Below, piece by piece: positions 6,974 through 17,591 of a stretch of 64,000 bases of DNA. Under the pieces are notes generated by a model. The model searched no databases. It was not told where the DNA came from and was given only the letters and a program-made list of their open reading frames with translations. The position numbers were made by a program, and so were the translations under genes. The stretch covers positions 64,001-128,000 of IMG/VR virus record IMGVR_UViG_3300045988_160394; one strand, written 5' to 3'. The DNA is from a virus. Every line of letters begins with the position of its first letter. The stretch's first letter is position 1.

Positions 6974-7600
6974 ATGGGAGTTATGCCAATGATAGTAGAA
7001 AAAGAAGGAAATATAGAAAGAACTTATGATCCTTACTCAAGATTATTAAAAGAAAGAATAATAATGGTGGAAGGAGCAATAAATACTCAAATGGCAAATA
7101 TAATAGTAGCTCAATTACTATTATTAGAAATGCAAGATCCAGATGCTGATATTACTATGTATATAAACTCACCAGGTGGAGAAGTTATGGCTGGATTAGC
7201 AATAGCTGATACAATGGAATTTATATCTTGTGATGTAGTAACATTAGGAATAGGAATGCAAGCTAGTATGGGTTCATTCTTATTAGCATCAGGAACTCAA
7301 GGAAAAAGATATGCTTTAAAAAGAAGTTCAATAATGATTCATAGATTATCAAGTGGAACTAATGGTGATTATCATAGCATAGAAGCTAATTTTGAACACA
7401 TAAAGAAATTACATGAGGATTTAACTAAAGATTATGTTAGATTATCAGGAGGAAAAACTTCATACGAAAAATTCCAAGAATTAATGAGATATGATAATTG
7501 GTTATCTCTTGAAGACGCTATTAAATATGGAATAATAGATCATATTATCTCAGATAGAAAATCTTTTAAAAAGGCTCTAGATGGTGACAAAGATGAATAA
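6974..7600 (+). CDS. clpP: ATP-dependent Clp protease proteolytic subunit ClpP
   Basis: Catalytic contexts are present: GMQASMGSFLL (Ser), IMIHRLS (His) and a C-terminal ..LEDAIKYGIID. The start is set at ATG 6974, 10 nt after AGGAGG. Confidence 0.9.
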   Translation: MGVMPMIVEKEGNIERTYDPYSRLLKERIIMVEGAINTQMANIIVAQLLLLEMQDPDADITMYINSPGGEVMAGLAIADTMEFISCDVVTLGIGMQASMGSFLLASGTQGKRYALKRSSIMIHRLSSGTNGDYHSIEANFEHIKKLHEDLTKDYVRLSGGKTSYEKFQELMRYDNWLSLEDAIKYGIIDHIISDRKSFKKALDGDKDE

Positions 7601-8408
7601 AGATATATTAATAGCTAAGAATGATTTTGAAGGGGTAGCTTCTGCTATCATTCTTCATCATTTATTCAATGGACAAGTAGAAATAAAGTTTTATCCTTAT
7701 AATGAACCAATAGATAAAATAGAAACAGAAAGTTGTGATATGATTTATTTATTAGGTTTAAATAAAAACAATTTAACAGGAGAGTATGATAATATAACAT
7801 GTTTAGGTTCACCAGAAGAAGTTATTGATTTAGCTAAAGCAACTAATCCTAAACTATTTAAGAATAGTAAGTTACAAGAATTCTGTAGACATACTATTGC
7901 TTATTTAGATTGGTCATGGAAAGATAAAGAATTATATTACGGAAAGAATATAGATGAATTAAGTAAATATTACAATAAAGCAAAATTAGTAGAAACTATT
8001 TCTAAAAGGATAGCTAATAAACAAGAATTAGTTACTGATGTTGAAAGACAATTAATAGTTTTCTCTAAAAAGCTTATAAGTGATTATATAGATAAAAAGA
8101 ATTATAATGTTACTTTCTTAAATGGGAAGAAAATAATATATACTTTTAGTGAAATAAATGAAATAGAATTAGCTAATAAATTAATAGAAAAAGAAGATGC
8201 AGATATGATTATAATAGCTAATTTAAACAATGGTATTGCTAGAATAAAAGCTAAAAAAGCTAAAGAATTTGAATCAGTGATATTAAATCAAGATGGAAGA
8301 GTTCATAGTAATGGTGGTACTATAAAAATAAAATCAGAGGTTATTGACGAAATAAATAATATAGTCTTTACAGATTATTTATTAAAGATATTGACAGGAG
8401 GAAATTAA
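7593..8408 (+). CDS. hypothetical protein between clpP and clpX
   Basis: ORF track. The start is ambiguous (7581 or 7593). The N-terminus KNDFEGVASAIIL faintly resembles DHH motif I. Confidence 0.5.
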   Translation: MNKDILIAKNDFEGVASAIILHHLFNGQVEIKFYPYNEPIDKIETESCDMIYLLGLNKNNLTGEYDNITCLGSPEEVIDLAKATNPKLFKNSKLQEFCRHTIAYLDWSWKDKELYYGKNIDELSKYYNKAKLVETISKRIANKQELVTDVERQLIVFSKKLISDYIDKKNYNVTFLNGKKIIYTFSEINEIELANKLIEKEDADMIIIANLNNGIARIKAKKAKEFESVILNQDGRVHSNGGTIKIKSEVIDEINNIVFTDYLLKILTGGN

Positions 8409-8410
8409 AT

Positions 8411-9637
8411 ATGAGAGTATGCTGTTTTTGTGGAAAGAAAATAGAAACAAAAGAAAATGAAGACGTAAAAATAGATGATATAATGATGATATCTCAAGAC
8501 GAAGACTATGCTATTTGTGGTCAATGTTTAAAAGAAGGATATTCAACATTATTAGAAGCTATGAAAGAAGAGGAAATAGAAATAGATGAGGATTTAACTC
8601 CTAAAAATCTTAAAGACAGATTAGATCAATGGATAATAGGTCAAGATTTAGCTAAGAAAAGATTAGCAATAGCTATTTATGACCATTATAAAAGAATACA
8701 TCAACCTGTTAATATTGATGATGATGTAGTAATAGAAAAATCTAATATTATATTAATTGGTTCTACTGGTAGTGGTAAAACAGCTTTATTAAAAGCTTTA
8801 TCTAAAGAATTAGATTTACCTTTATTAATAGAAGATGTTACTACTATAACTACTACTGGATATCAAGGTAGAAACATAGAAGATGTATTAAGTGGATTAC
8901 TTTCTGAAACTAATGGAGACGTAGATCTTGCTCAACAAGGTATAGTTTTATTAGATGAAGGTGATAAATTAAGAAAACAACCTGACGCTTCTGGTAATAG
9001 AGATGTAAAAGGAGAAGGAGTTCAACAAGGATTATTAAAAGTTGTTGAAGGTGGTGTATTTGATGTTAAATACAAAGGTATGCCAATTAAATTTGATACA
9101 TCTAATGTTTTATTTATATTAGCAGGTGCTTTTGAAGGTATAGAAAAGATAATAGCTAAAAGACAAAAAGAAAAAGCAAACATTAAAACAAATGGAGGAT
9201 TTTTAGCTCCTATAGCATCAGCAAAAGATGAAAAAGGTTTTAATGATTATATTCTTGATGTTAAGCATATAGATTTAAAAAATTATGGAATGATGCCAGA
9301 ATTATTAGGTAGATTCCCAGTTATAACTCCATTACAAGAATTATCAGTAGAAGCTTTAGTTGAAATACTAACTGAACCTAAGAATGCTATAGTTAGTCAA
9401 ATTAAAAAAAGCTTTGGATTTGATAATGTAGAAATAGAGTTTACTAAAGGTGCTTTACAAGCTATAGCTAAAAAAGCAAAAGAAAGACAAATAGGAGCTA
9501 GAGCGTTAAGAAGTATTATAGAAGAAATAATCGAAGATGCTAAGTTCGAATGTCCAGGATCAGATATTAAAAAAGTAATAATCAATGATTATTTACAATT
9601 AAAATATATAAAAAATGAAGAAGAAAAAGAAATTTAA
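8411..9637 (+). CDS. clpX: ATP-dependent Clp protease ATP-binding subunit ClpX
   Basis: N-terminal C4 zinc finger (CCFCG...CGQC). Walker A GSTGSGKT. Pore loop GYQGRN. Walker B LLDEGDK. Confidence 0.9.
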   Translation: MRVCCFCGKKIETKENEDVKIDDIMMISQDEDYAICGQCLKEGYSTLLEAMKEEEIEIDEDLTPKNLKDRLDQWIIGQDLAKKRLAIAIYDHYKRIHQPVNIDDDVVIEKSNIILIGSTGSGKTALLKALSKELDLPLLIEDVTTITTTGYQGRNIEDVLSGLLSETNGDVDLAQQGIVLLDEGDKLRKQPDASGNRDVKGEGVQQGLLKVVEGGVFDVKYKGMPIKFDTSNVLFILAGAFEGIEKIIAKRQKEKANIKTNGGFLAPIASAKDEKGFNDYILDVKHIDLKNYGMMPELLGRFPVITPLQELSVEALVEILTEPKNAIVSQIKKSFGFDNVEIEFTKGALQAIAKKAKERQIGARALRSIIEEIIEDAKFECPGSDIKKVIINDYLQLKYIKNEEEKEI

Positions 9638-9663
9638 ATTTTAGAATATTGGAGGTAACAATA

Positions 9664-10380
9664 ATGGAAAATTTCATTAACGAACAAATCGAAATCTTAA
9701 AAAAGGAAATGGAATCTTTAAGTGATCCATATCAAAAAGCACATATAAGAGTGCTATTAATAACTGCTTTAAGTGGTTTATCAGCTATAGGGGATGTTTC
9801 TGAATTACCTATCGAAACTGGTAAAGAAACTATAAAAGAAGATAAGGTTAAGAAAACTTCTAAGGCTAAGAAGGAAGAAAAGAAAGAAACAAAATCAACT
9901 AAGACTTCTAAAAAAGAAACTAAAGAAGAAGTTAAGGAAGAAGTAGTTGAAGAAACTCCAGTTGAATCAGCTGAAGAAAAGATAGATGAACCTATTCCAG
10001 TAGATTTAGATGCTAGTGCAGAAGAAGAAGCTGTTGAACCTATCATAATCGAAACTGAAGAAGGAGATCTAGATATTACAGAAGCTTATATGAAGTTAAA
10101 ATCTATAGAAGATGAAGACTTAAGAGCTGAAATCGCTATGAACTTAACATACTATAACTTACTACCAACTTATGAAACTTTAAATAAGTTAGCTGATGGA
10201 GAAATGAAGATGAGATTAGCTTCATATATCCAAGATTATGGTTTAGAAGAAATAAATGCTGCTATAAATGACTTAACAGATGGTCAATTCTCAGACATTT
10301 ATGAATTCGTTAACGATGATAATGTAGAAGGAATAGTTTCTCAACTAGATGAAATGGCTAGTGATGGAGAAGAAGAGTAA
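9664..10380 (+). CDS. hypothetical K/E-rich, highly acidic protein
   Basis: ATG 9664 after GGAGGT. Low-complexity KKE/EEV tract. TAA stop. Confidence 0.55.
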   Translation: MENFINEQIEILKKEMESLSDPYQKAHIRVLLITALSGLSAIGDVSELPIETGKETIKEDKVKKTSKAKKEEKKETKSTKTSKKETKEEVKEEVVEETPVESAEEKIDEPIPVDLDASAEEEAVEPIIIETEEGDLDITEAYMKLKSIEDEDLRAEIAMNLTYYNLLPTYETLNKLADGEMKMRLASYIQDYGLEEINAAINDLTDGQFSDIYEFVNDDNVEGIVSQLDEMASDGEEE

Positions 10381-10450
10381 AAATACTTGCAAATAGGACA
10401 AGTTAAATATAAAATATAATAGAGGATTACTTCTCTATAATCATAGTATT

Positions 10451-10481
10451 GCCCCCAACAATAAATAACGGGGGCTTTTTT
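10451..10481 (+). terminator. rho-independent terminator
   Basis: GCCCCC-13 nt-GGGGGC followed by TTTTTT. Confidence 0.7.
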
Positions 10482-10536
10482 AATGTACAAAATGAATTAT
10501 AAAAAAAATAAATTGAAAAATCAGGAGGATTTAATT

Positions 10537-11331
10537 ATGAATATCGTATTATTACAAGGAAGAATACCATTTGAACCAAACTTTTTCGAGGCTAAAGATG
10601 ACAAGAAGGCATTTGCTACTTTTACACTTGCTGTTAATACAGGAGTAAAAGATGATGACACAGGTTATTATAAAGAAGATTTATTCAGATGTACAACATC
10701 AGGTGGATGGGCTGAAAACTTACACAAGAATTGGAACAACAAAATGATTGTTGATGTTTATGGAAAATTAGTAATGGGTAAGGATTACGAAAAAGATGGA
10801 GAGATCGTTAAAGGACAACCAGAATTAAGAGTATTATCTATTCATAGCTACAATACATTAGATGTTACTGTTGTAAGAGCTAAAATTCCTAACTTTGAAA
10901 ATGCTATATACTTCAAAGAAGCTGAAGGAGATAAAAAAGCATTTGCTAATGTTAAATTAGCAATATCAACAGGAGTTAAAGAAGGAGATTACTATAAAGA
11001 AAGAATAGTAACTGCTAAAGCTTTTGGTGGTACAGCAGAATTCTTAAATAAATACTATCAAAATGGAGACTTCATAACAGTTGAAGGGAAGTATGTTGAT
11101 GGTCAAGATTATGAAAAAGATGGTGAAATGGTTAAAGCTATGCCTGAATTAATAATCAATAACATTCACGGATTCCCAAGAAGAAAAGAAGGAGAAGACG
11201 AAGGAAAGAGTAAGAGCCCTGCTAAGAAAGCACCTGGAATAGCAAAAGGAGCAGGATCTAAAACACCTGGCGTAGGCACAAAGAAAATAGGTGGAGGTCT
11301 TAAAAAACTAGGTGGCTTAAAGAAGAAATAA
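10537..11331 (+). CDS. ssb: single-stranded DNA-binding protein, tandem OB folds, basic C-terminal tail
   Basis: ATG 10537 after AGGAGG. There is an internal duplication: DDKKAFATFTLAVNTGVKDD..YYKE versus GDKKAFANVKLAISTGVKEGDYYKE, and GKDYEKDGEIVKGQPEL versus GQDYEKDGEMVKAMPEL. Confidence 0.6.
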   Translation: MNIVLLQGRIPFEPNFFEAKDDKKAFATFTLAVNTGVKDDDTGYYKEDLFRCTTSGGWAENLHKNWNNKMIVDVYGKLVMGKDYEKDGEIVKGQPELRVLSIHSYNTLDVTVVRAKIPNFENAIYFKEAEGDKKAFANVKLAISTGVKEGDYYKERIVTAKAFGGTAEFLNKYYQNGDFITVEGKYVDGQDYEKDGEMVKAMPELIINNIHGFPRRKEGEDEGKSKSPAKKAPGIAKGAGSKTPGVGTKKIGGGLKKLGGLKKK

Positions 11332-11357
11332 TATTATAGGAGTGATACTTAGTGAGT

Positions 11358-11783
11358 ATGGATAAAATAGACCAATTAATTGAAGATGGTATCAAAGAAA
11401 TAGATGCCGAAATAAAAAAAGATGATGATATAAGAGAGTTTGCTGAGTATCTTGCTAGAAACTTAGCTCAAACTCCAGTTTTAAGAGTTAACATTGCAAA
11501 TAAAGTTTTCATTCTATCAATGAGAATGGTTAAATTAACAGATGGAAGTGGTAGAACAGAAATTTTATTAGCTGCTGCTGATGAAGTAAAACAAAAATTG
11601 TATGGTAACACATATACACCTGCTTTATATACTGCTGAATTCAATGATATGTATACACTAGAAGAAAACTGTCAAACTTTATTATCAGCTTTTATTGGTC
11701 ATGTTACTGGCAATATGAAAATAGAAACTCTTGAAGAAGATGACGGAGTAGCTAAGGTTGCTAGAGAAAAAGACATGGAATAA
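11358..11783 (+). CDS. hypothetical protein
   Basis: ORF track. The start is ambiguous (GTG 11352 or ATG 11358). Confidence 0.5.
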   Translation: MDKIDQLIEDGIKEIDAEIKKDDDIREFAEYLARNLAQTPVLRVNIANKVFILSMRMVKLTDGSGRTEILLAAADEVKQKLYGNTYTPALYTAEFNDMYTLEENCQTLLSAFIGHVTGNMKIETLEEDDGVAKVAREKDME

Positions 11784-11851
11784 TTATATAAGAGAGTTAT
11801 TGCTTTTAATAGCTCTCTTGTATTAACATTTTTGTTATGGAGGAGATTTGT

Positions 11852-13804
11852 ATGGAAAAGAAAAAATTGACTTTAAAATCTAAAAAAACACAAGTAGAGA
11901 AAAGTCAAATACCTGATGTTCCTGTATCAGATGTAACAATAGATACACTTTCTGATAGAGATCATGTTAGATTAAGAAGAGGAATGTACCTTCCTAATAT
12001 GAATTATTGTGCATATGAAATTATGGATAACTCAGTTGATGAATTTATGGCTGGTGTTTGTAAAAACATATTATTACAAATAGAACCAGATAAGAAAATG
12101 ATTATTCAAGATGACGGTAGAGGAGTTCCTTTACAACCATCTAAACAAGATCCTAATAAGCCAATGGTTCAAGTTGCATTAGGAGAATTAAAATCAGGTG
12201 GTAAATTCAATCAAAAGAAAGATAATGCTGTTAAGACAGGTGGTTTACATGGAACAGGAGCTTCAGCAGTTAACTTTACTTGTGATGAGTTCAAAGCTGT
12301 TGTTACTCAAAATGGAGAACAATATGAAATAGCATGGACTAAAGGATTATTAACTGAACCACTTAAACATATAGGTTCTGCTCCAGAAGGATTAGAACAT
12401 GGTACATTAATCGAACTTAAACCTGATATGGGAATATGGGGCGAAAGTGATTATGATTTAAAAGCTATCGAAAAGAGAGCTGAACAATTAACATTTTTAA
12501 ATGCAGGATTAAATATTATTTTAGACATAGATTATAACAATGTCAAAATAGAAAAAGAAATATGTAATCCAGAAGGATTACCAGCTTATATATTAAAACT
12601 TTCTGAAAAGAAAGAATCTATTGTAGATCCAATTAGTATAAGTGGTAAATTTAATCATCCTAAATTAGGTGATGTAGATGTAGAAATAGCTTTATCTTAT
12701 AACACTGGTTATAATGAAGAAATATATGCATTTACTAATAATATCCCTAATCCATTAGGAGGACATCATTTAACAGGCTTTAAAGAAGGATTATATAAAT
12801 CAATAAACAATTATTATATAGATAATACAAAAGGTAAAACTGTTGATTTAGAATCATCTGATTGTAGAGAAGGATTAATAGCAGTAATATCTGTTAAACT
12901 AGCCGATCCAGTTTTCGATGGACAAGGTAAAGCTAAATTAGATATGCCAGCTATAAGATCTATAGTTAAAGATTCTGTAATTGAAATGATGGATGATTAT
13001 TTAGATAAGAATCCTAATCAAGCTAAATTAATAGTTGCTAAAGCATTACAAGCTCAATTAACTAGAGAATCTGTAAGAAAAGCTAGAGAGACAACTAGAG
13101 CAGGTAAAAACGCTTTTACAGGAAAACCTCCTAAATTAGCAGGATGTACTAGTAAAAATCCAGAAGAATGTGAATTATGGATAGTTGAAGGAGATTCAGC
13201 TGCTGGTACTGCAAAGAAAGCTAGAGATAAGAAAACTCAAGCTATTTTACCTATATTCGGTAAGATAAATAATCCTTATAATATAACATTAGAAGAGTGT
13301 TATAAATCTCCTAAGCTAAAAGATGCTATAACAGCATTTGGTACAGATATAGGAGAGAACTTTAATATAGAAAACTTAAATTATCATAAAATAATAATAA
13401 TGTCAGATGCCGATGTCGATGGACTTCATATTCAAACATTATGGATGGCATTTATGTATAAATTCTTTAGACCAATCGTAGAAGCTGGTCATTTATATCT
13501 ATCTTGTCCACCTTTATTTAAAGTTACTAAAGGTAAGAAAGAAAAATTCTGTTATACTGTAGAAGAAAAAGATCAAGCTATAGCTGAATTTGGTGGTGGA
13601 GAAGCACAAAGATATAAAGGATTAGGAGAAATGAATGAAAAAGAATTAGGCCCATCTACTATGGATATTGATACTAGAGTACTAATTCAAGTTACTTGTG
13701 AAGATGCAGAATCTGCTGAATCAATATTAGATATATGTATGGGTAATGACGCATCATTAAGAAAAGACTTATTATTAAGTGATGTCGATATGGATTTAGT
13801 ATAG
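11852..13804 (+). CDS. gyrB: type IIA topoisomerase (gyrase/topo IV) subunit B
   Basis: GHKL ATPase motifs (EIMDNSVDE, GLHGTGASAVN). TOPRIM ELWIVEGDSAAGTAK. IMSDADVDGLHIQTL. Confidence 0.9.
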   Translation: MEKKKLTLKSKKTQVEKSQIPDVPVSDVTIDTLSDRDHVRLRRGMYLPNMNYCAYEIMDNSVDEFMAGVCKNILLQIEPDKKMIIQDDGRGVPLQPSKQDPNKPMVQVALGELKSGGKFNQKKDNAVKTGGLHGTGASAVNFTCDEFKAVVTQNGEQYEIAWTKGLLTEPLKHIGSAPEGLEHGTLIELKPDMGIWGESDYDLKAIEKRAEQLTFLNAGLNIILDIDYNNVKIEKEICNPEGLPAYILKLSEKKESIVDPISISGKFNHPKLGDVDVEIALSYNTGYNEEIYAFTNNIPNPLGGHHLTGFKEGLYKSINNYYIDNTKGKTVDLESSDCREGLIAVISVKLADPVFDGQGKAKLDMPAIRSIVKDSVIEMMDDYLDKNPNQAKLIVAKALQAQLTRESVRKARETTRAGKNAFTGKPPKLAGCTSKNPEECELWIVEGDSAAGTAKKARDKKTQAILPIFGKINNPYNITLEECYKSPKLKDAITAFGTDIGENFNIENLNYHKIIIMSDADVDGLHIQTLWMAFMYKFFRPIVEAGHLYLSCPPLFKVTKGKKEKFCYTVEEKDQAIAEFGGGEAQRYKGLGEMNEKELGPSTMDIDTRVLIQVTCEDAESAESILDICMGNDASLRKDLLLSDVDMDLV

Positions 13805-13816
13805 GAGGTAATTGAT

Positions 13817-14050
13817 ATGGCAGAAAGAATTATACAAAAAGAATTAGCAGAAGCTATGGCTCCAAGATATAAATCTTATGGTTTATATGTTGTTAAAGAT
13901 AGAGCTTTACCTAGCTTATATTCTGGTTGTAAACCCGTTCTTCAAAGATCATTGTACTCAATGTTTGAAATGGGATTAAAAAGTACAGCTAAGATAAAAA
14001 AATCTGCTAGAGTTGTTGGAGATGTAATAGGTAAATATCATCCACACGGT
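13817..14050 (+). CDS. gyrA: type IIA topoisomerase subunit A, exon 1
   Basis: Ends ...VIGKYHPHG, then runs into intron sequence. The canonical motif continues as HPHGD at 15311. Confidence 0.85.
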
Positions 14051-15310
14051 TGTTGAAAAATAGTATATATTTTGCAATAATTTATTTTTCATTCATATAG
14101 TAAATATATAAACAGAATTTATTATAAGAATGGAGAAATAATTTTATGAAAAAAACAGAATTTAATGAAACACAAATAAAAGATATAGTTGAAAGATATA
14201 AAAATGGAGAAGCTATTATGAACATTAGAAAAGATTATAATGTTAGTCATAGTACTATTAATAGAGTATTAAAAGAAAATAACGTTGCAATTAGAGGTAA
14301 TAGGAAACATTTTTATAACGAAGATATTTTAAAAAAAATAAATACAGCTGAAAAAGCTTATTGAATAGGATTTATTACAGCAGATGGTTATATTAATGAA
14401 GATAGAAATTTTATGAGAATAAAGCTTCAAGAAAAAGATAAAGATCATTTATATAAATTTATGAAATTTATCGGAGGAGATGAAGGTATGATAAAATATG
14501 AATTTCATAATATAACTGGTAATAAACAATGATATATAGAAGTTAGTGGTAAGACTTTTATTAAGTCGTTAGTAGAATTAGGAATAAGACAGAAAAAAAG
14601 TTCTAATGAGCAATGGTGTAATAAGATTCCAGAAAAATATATAAAAGATTATATAAGAGGAATAATAGATGGAGATGGGCATATATCTTTGGAAAATAAA
14701 AGATTTGACATATGTAATTCAGAATCGTTATTAATACAATTGCAAAATTTCCTAATAAAAGAATATAATACTTCAAAAACAAAAATATATGATCATTGTA
14801 ATACAAAAAGATTGTTTGTAACAGTTAATGCTACAGATATATTGTTTGATTTATATTATAAAAAGTGTGTATCATTAGATAGAAAATATAAAACTGTTAA
14901 AATATTAAAGCAATTAATAGAACTATAATTGCCGTGTATAAATAGGGTAAAATCGGTTCCGACAGCTTAAACAAAAAGATGGATGGTTTAAGTATGGTGG
15001 TATATAAAGAAGAGAGGCTTAATTGCTAATACCGAGGTAAAGATAAGTTTAAAACCTTATGCTCACCGTAACGCATAGACATTGAAACTTTATTAAATTA
15101 AAGAATATAATATGTCCAAGAGTGCCCTACACAGAATTGAAAAATATTCTCCTAGGTCAAGTAATAGCTTGATGTGAAAATGTATGCTAGGCTGGACTAG
15201 AATTAACTAGTCGATGAGGTTAGTTATTAACCAAATGAGTGAAAACTCCAGAGTCAGGTGTAGGAATAGACCTACTATTAATAGATAAAAAGCCCTGAGA
15301 TAATAACATT
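14051..15310 (+). mobile_element. group I intron interrupting gyrA between HPHG and D
   Basis: Exon homology resumes exactly at 15311. The 5' exon ends in T and the intron ends in G. A GC-enriched, helix-rich block (14929-15310) lies downstream of the embedded endonuclease ORF. Confidence 0.75.
14146..14928 (+). CDS. intron-encoded LAGLIDADG homing endonuclease with an N-terminal HTH (two in-frame TGA codons)
   Basis: TGA 14362-64 and TGA 14530-32 join ORFs 14146..14364 and 14689..14928 in one frame. Two LAGLIDADG motifs appear: (W)IGFITADGYI and IRGIIDGDGHI. Confidence 0.8.
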
Positions 15311-17550
15311 CGGATGTATCTGTATATGATACTATAGTTAGAGCTTCTCAAAAGTGGAATATGAGATATCCAATCGTAGATATGCCATCAAATAATGGTT
15401 CTATAGATGGAGATGGAGCAGCTGCTATGAGATATACAGAATGTAGACTAACAGCTTATGGCGAAAAGTTATTAGAAGGTATAAATAAAGAAACAGTTGA
15501 TTTTAAACCTAACTATGATAACTCAGAAACAGAACCTGTTGAACTACCATGTATGCTACCTAACTTATTAGCTAATGGAGTAGAAGGTATAGCAGTTGGT
15601 ATGGCTGCGAATATACCTCCTCATAATTTAACAGAGCTATTAACAGCTGCTAGAAGAATAATAAGTGATGCTAAAGAAGAAAAAGAAACTTCTTTAGAAG
15701 ATTTAATGACTATAATAAAAGGACCAGATTTCCCTGGCGGTGGTATTATAGTTAACAAGAAAAATCTTAAAACAGCTTTTGCTACTGGTAAAGGTAGAAT
15801 AACTTTAAGAGGTAAAACTGATATAGTAGAAGATAAAAAAGGACATAAAACAATAAATATAACTGAAGTCCCTTATCAAGTTAAACCTATTGAATTAGTT
15901 AATAAAATATATACTCTTGCTAGAGATGGGAAAATAGAAGGTATTAAAGAAGTTGAAGATGAATCAGATAAGAACGGTATGTGTTTATCTGTAAAACTTA
16001 AAAAATCAGCTAATCCAACTTTAGTATTAAATAATTTATACAAGTTAACAGATTTACAAAAGAATATAAACTATAATATGAATGCATTAATAGGTGATAC
16101 TCCTGTTGATGTAACATTATTAGATTATTTAAATGAGTATTTATCTAACTCATTAAATATCTTATTAAGAAGAACTAACTTTGATCGTGATAAAGATATG
16201 AAAAGAATATCAAACTTAGAGGTTATATTCTTATATCTTGAAAACAAAGAAGATATAGTTGCAATAATTGCTTCATCAGATAATCCAGAAGAAGAATTAA
16301 AAGAAAAATATGAATTAGCTGATGAACAAATTAGCTTTTTATTAAATACTAGATTAGGTTCTTTAAAGAAAGCTAGTATTTCTAAATATCAAGAAGAATA
16401 TGACCAGTTAAATGAAAATGTAACTGAATATACAAAGATATTAGAAGATGAAGGATATGCTTTAGATGTTCTTTCTAAAGAATTATCTGAATTACAAGAA
16501 CAATTTGGAGATGAAAGAAGAACTCAAATTGAATTAGACGTTAATGGAGATATTGCAGAGGAAGATTTAATTCCAGATGAACCATTAGTTGTTACAATTA
16601 CATCTGATGGCTTAATAAAAGCTGTTGATGAAAAAGAATATAGTACTCAAAAGAGAGGTGGAAAAGGAACTAAAGCAGCATCTACTAAAGATGATGAAAT
16701 AGTAACTGATCTATTCTCTATTAATAGCAAAGATGATATCTTATTTATGACTGATAAAGGAAGATGTCATAAGTTAAAAGGATATTCTATACCTAAAGTA
16801 GGTAAGAATGCTAAAGGAAGACATATTAATAACTTTATTAAGTTAGAAGAAGGCGAAAATATAGTATCTGTTATGCCCGTAAAAATTAAAGATGAAGCAG
16901 AACATTCTATACTATTTGTAACAGCTTTAGGACAAATTAAGAGATTATCTATAAGCGAATTAGGTTCTAGATATACAGCTATTAAAGTTCTAAAGATAAA
17001 AGATGGAGATGGTCTTCAAACTTGTTTAAAAGTTAATGAAGGTCAAGATGTTATGCTTTGTACAGCAAAAGGTCAATCAATAAGATTTACTGTATCAACA
17101 GAAACTAAAAAGCCAATTAGACCTCAAGGAAGAACTGCTTCTGGAGTTATAGGTATAAAAGTAGCTGAAGATGACTATGTTATCGGAGCAACTATCATAG
17201 ATGATGAATCTAATATCTTAACTTTAACTAGCAATGGTTTAAGTAAGCAAACAAAAGGTGCTGCTTGGGAAGCTAAGCAAAGAGGTGGAAAAGGAATACT
17301 TTGTCATAAAATAACAGAGAAAACAGGAGACTTAGTTTCAGTATTATCTGTTAAAGAAGATGATGAATTATTTGTTGGAACTGAATCTGGTAAAATAATC
17401 AGATTAAAAGCTAATTCTATAGCAACTTCAGGAAGATCTGCTATAGGAAGTAAAGCTATTAAGTTAGATGAAGGTGATTATGCATTTACAGCATCTTTAG
17501 CTCCAGCTAACAATGAAGAAGTTGAATTAGAAACTACAGAAGAGGCGTAA
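15311..17550 (+). CDS. gyrA: type IIA topoisomerase subunit A, exon 2 (2-nt frame offset at 15359-15364)
   Basis: 15311-15358 encodes DVSVYDTIVRASQKWN, matching DSAVYDTIVRMAQPFS. The rest, MRYPIVD...AAAMRYTECRL with the catalytic Tyr, is read from ATG 15361 in a different frame, to TAA 17550. Confidence 0.8.
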
Positions 17551-17591
17551 AACCCTCTTCTTAATATATACACATGGGGGAGTGATATTAA

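Noticed and set aside
14051-15310. An intein in gyrA. Inteins are known at nearby GyrA sites in other organisms.
   Set aside because: The insert is not in frame with the exons, contains many TAA/TAG stops and carries a free-standing endonuclease ORF with its own RBS. This is consistent with an intron, not an intein.
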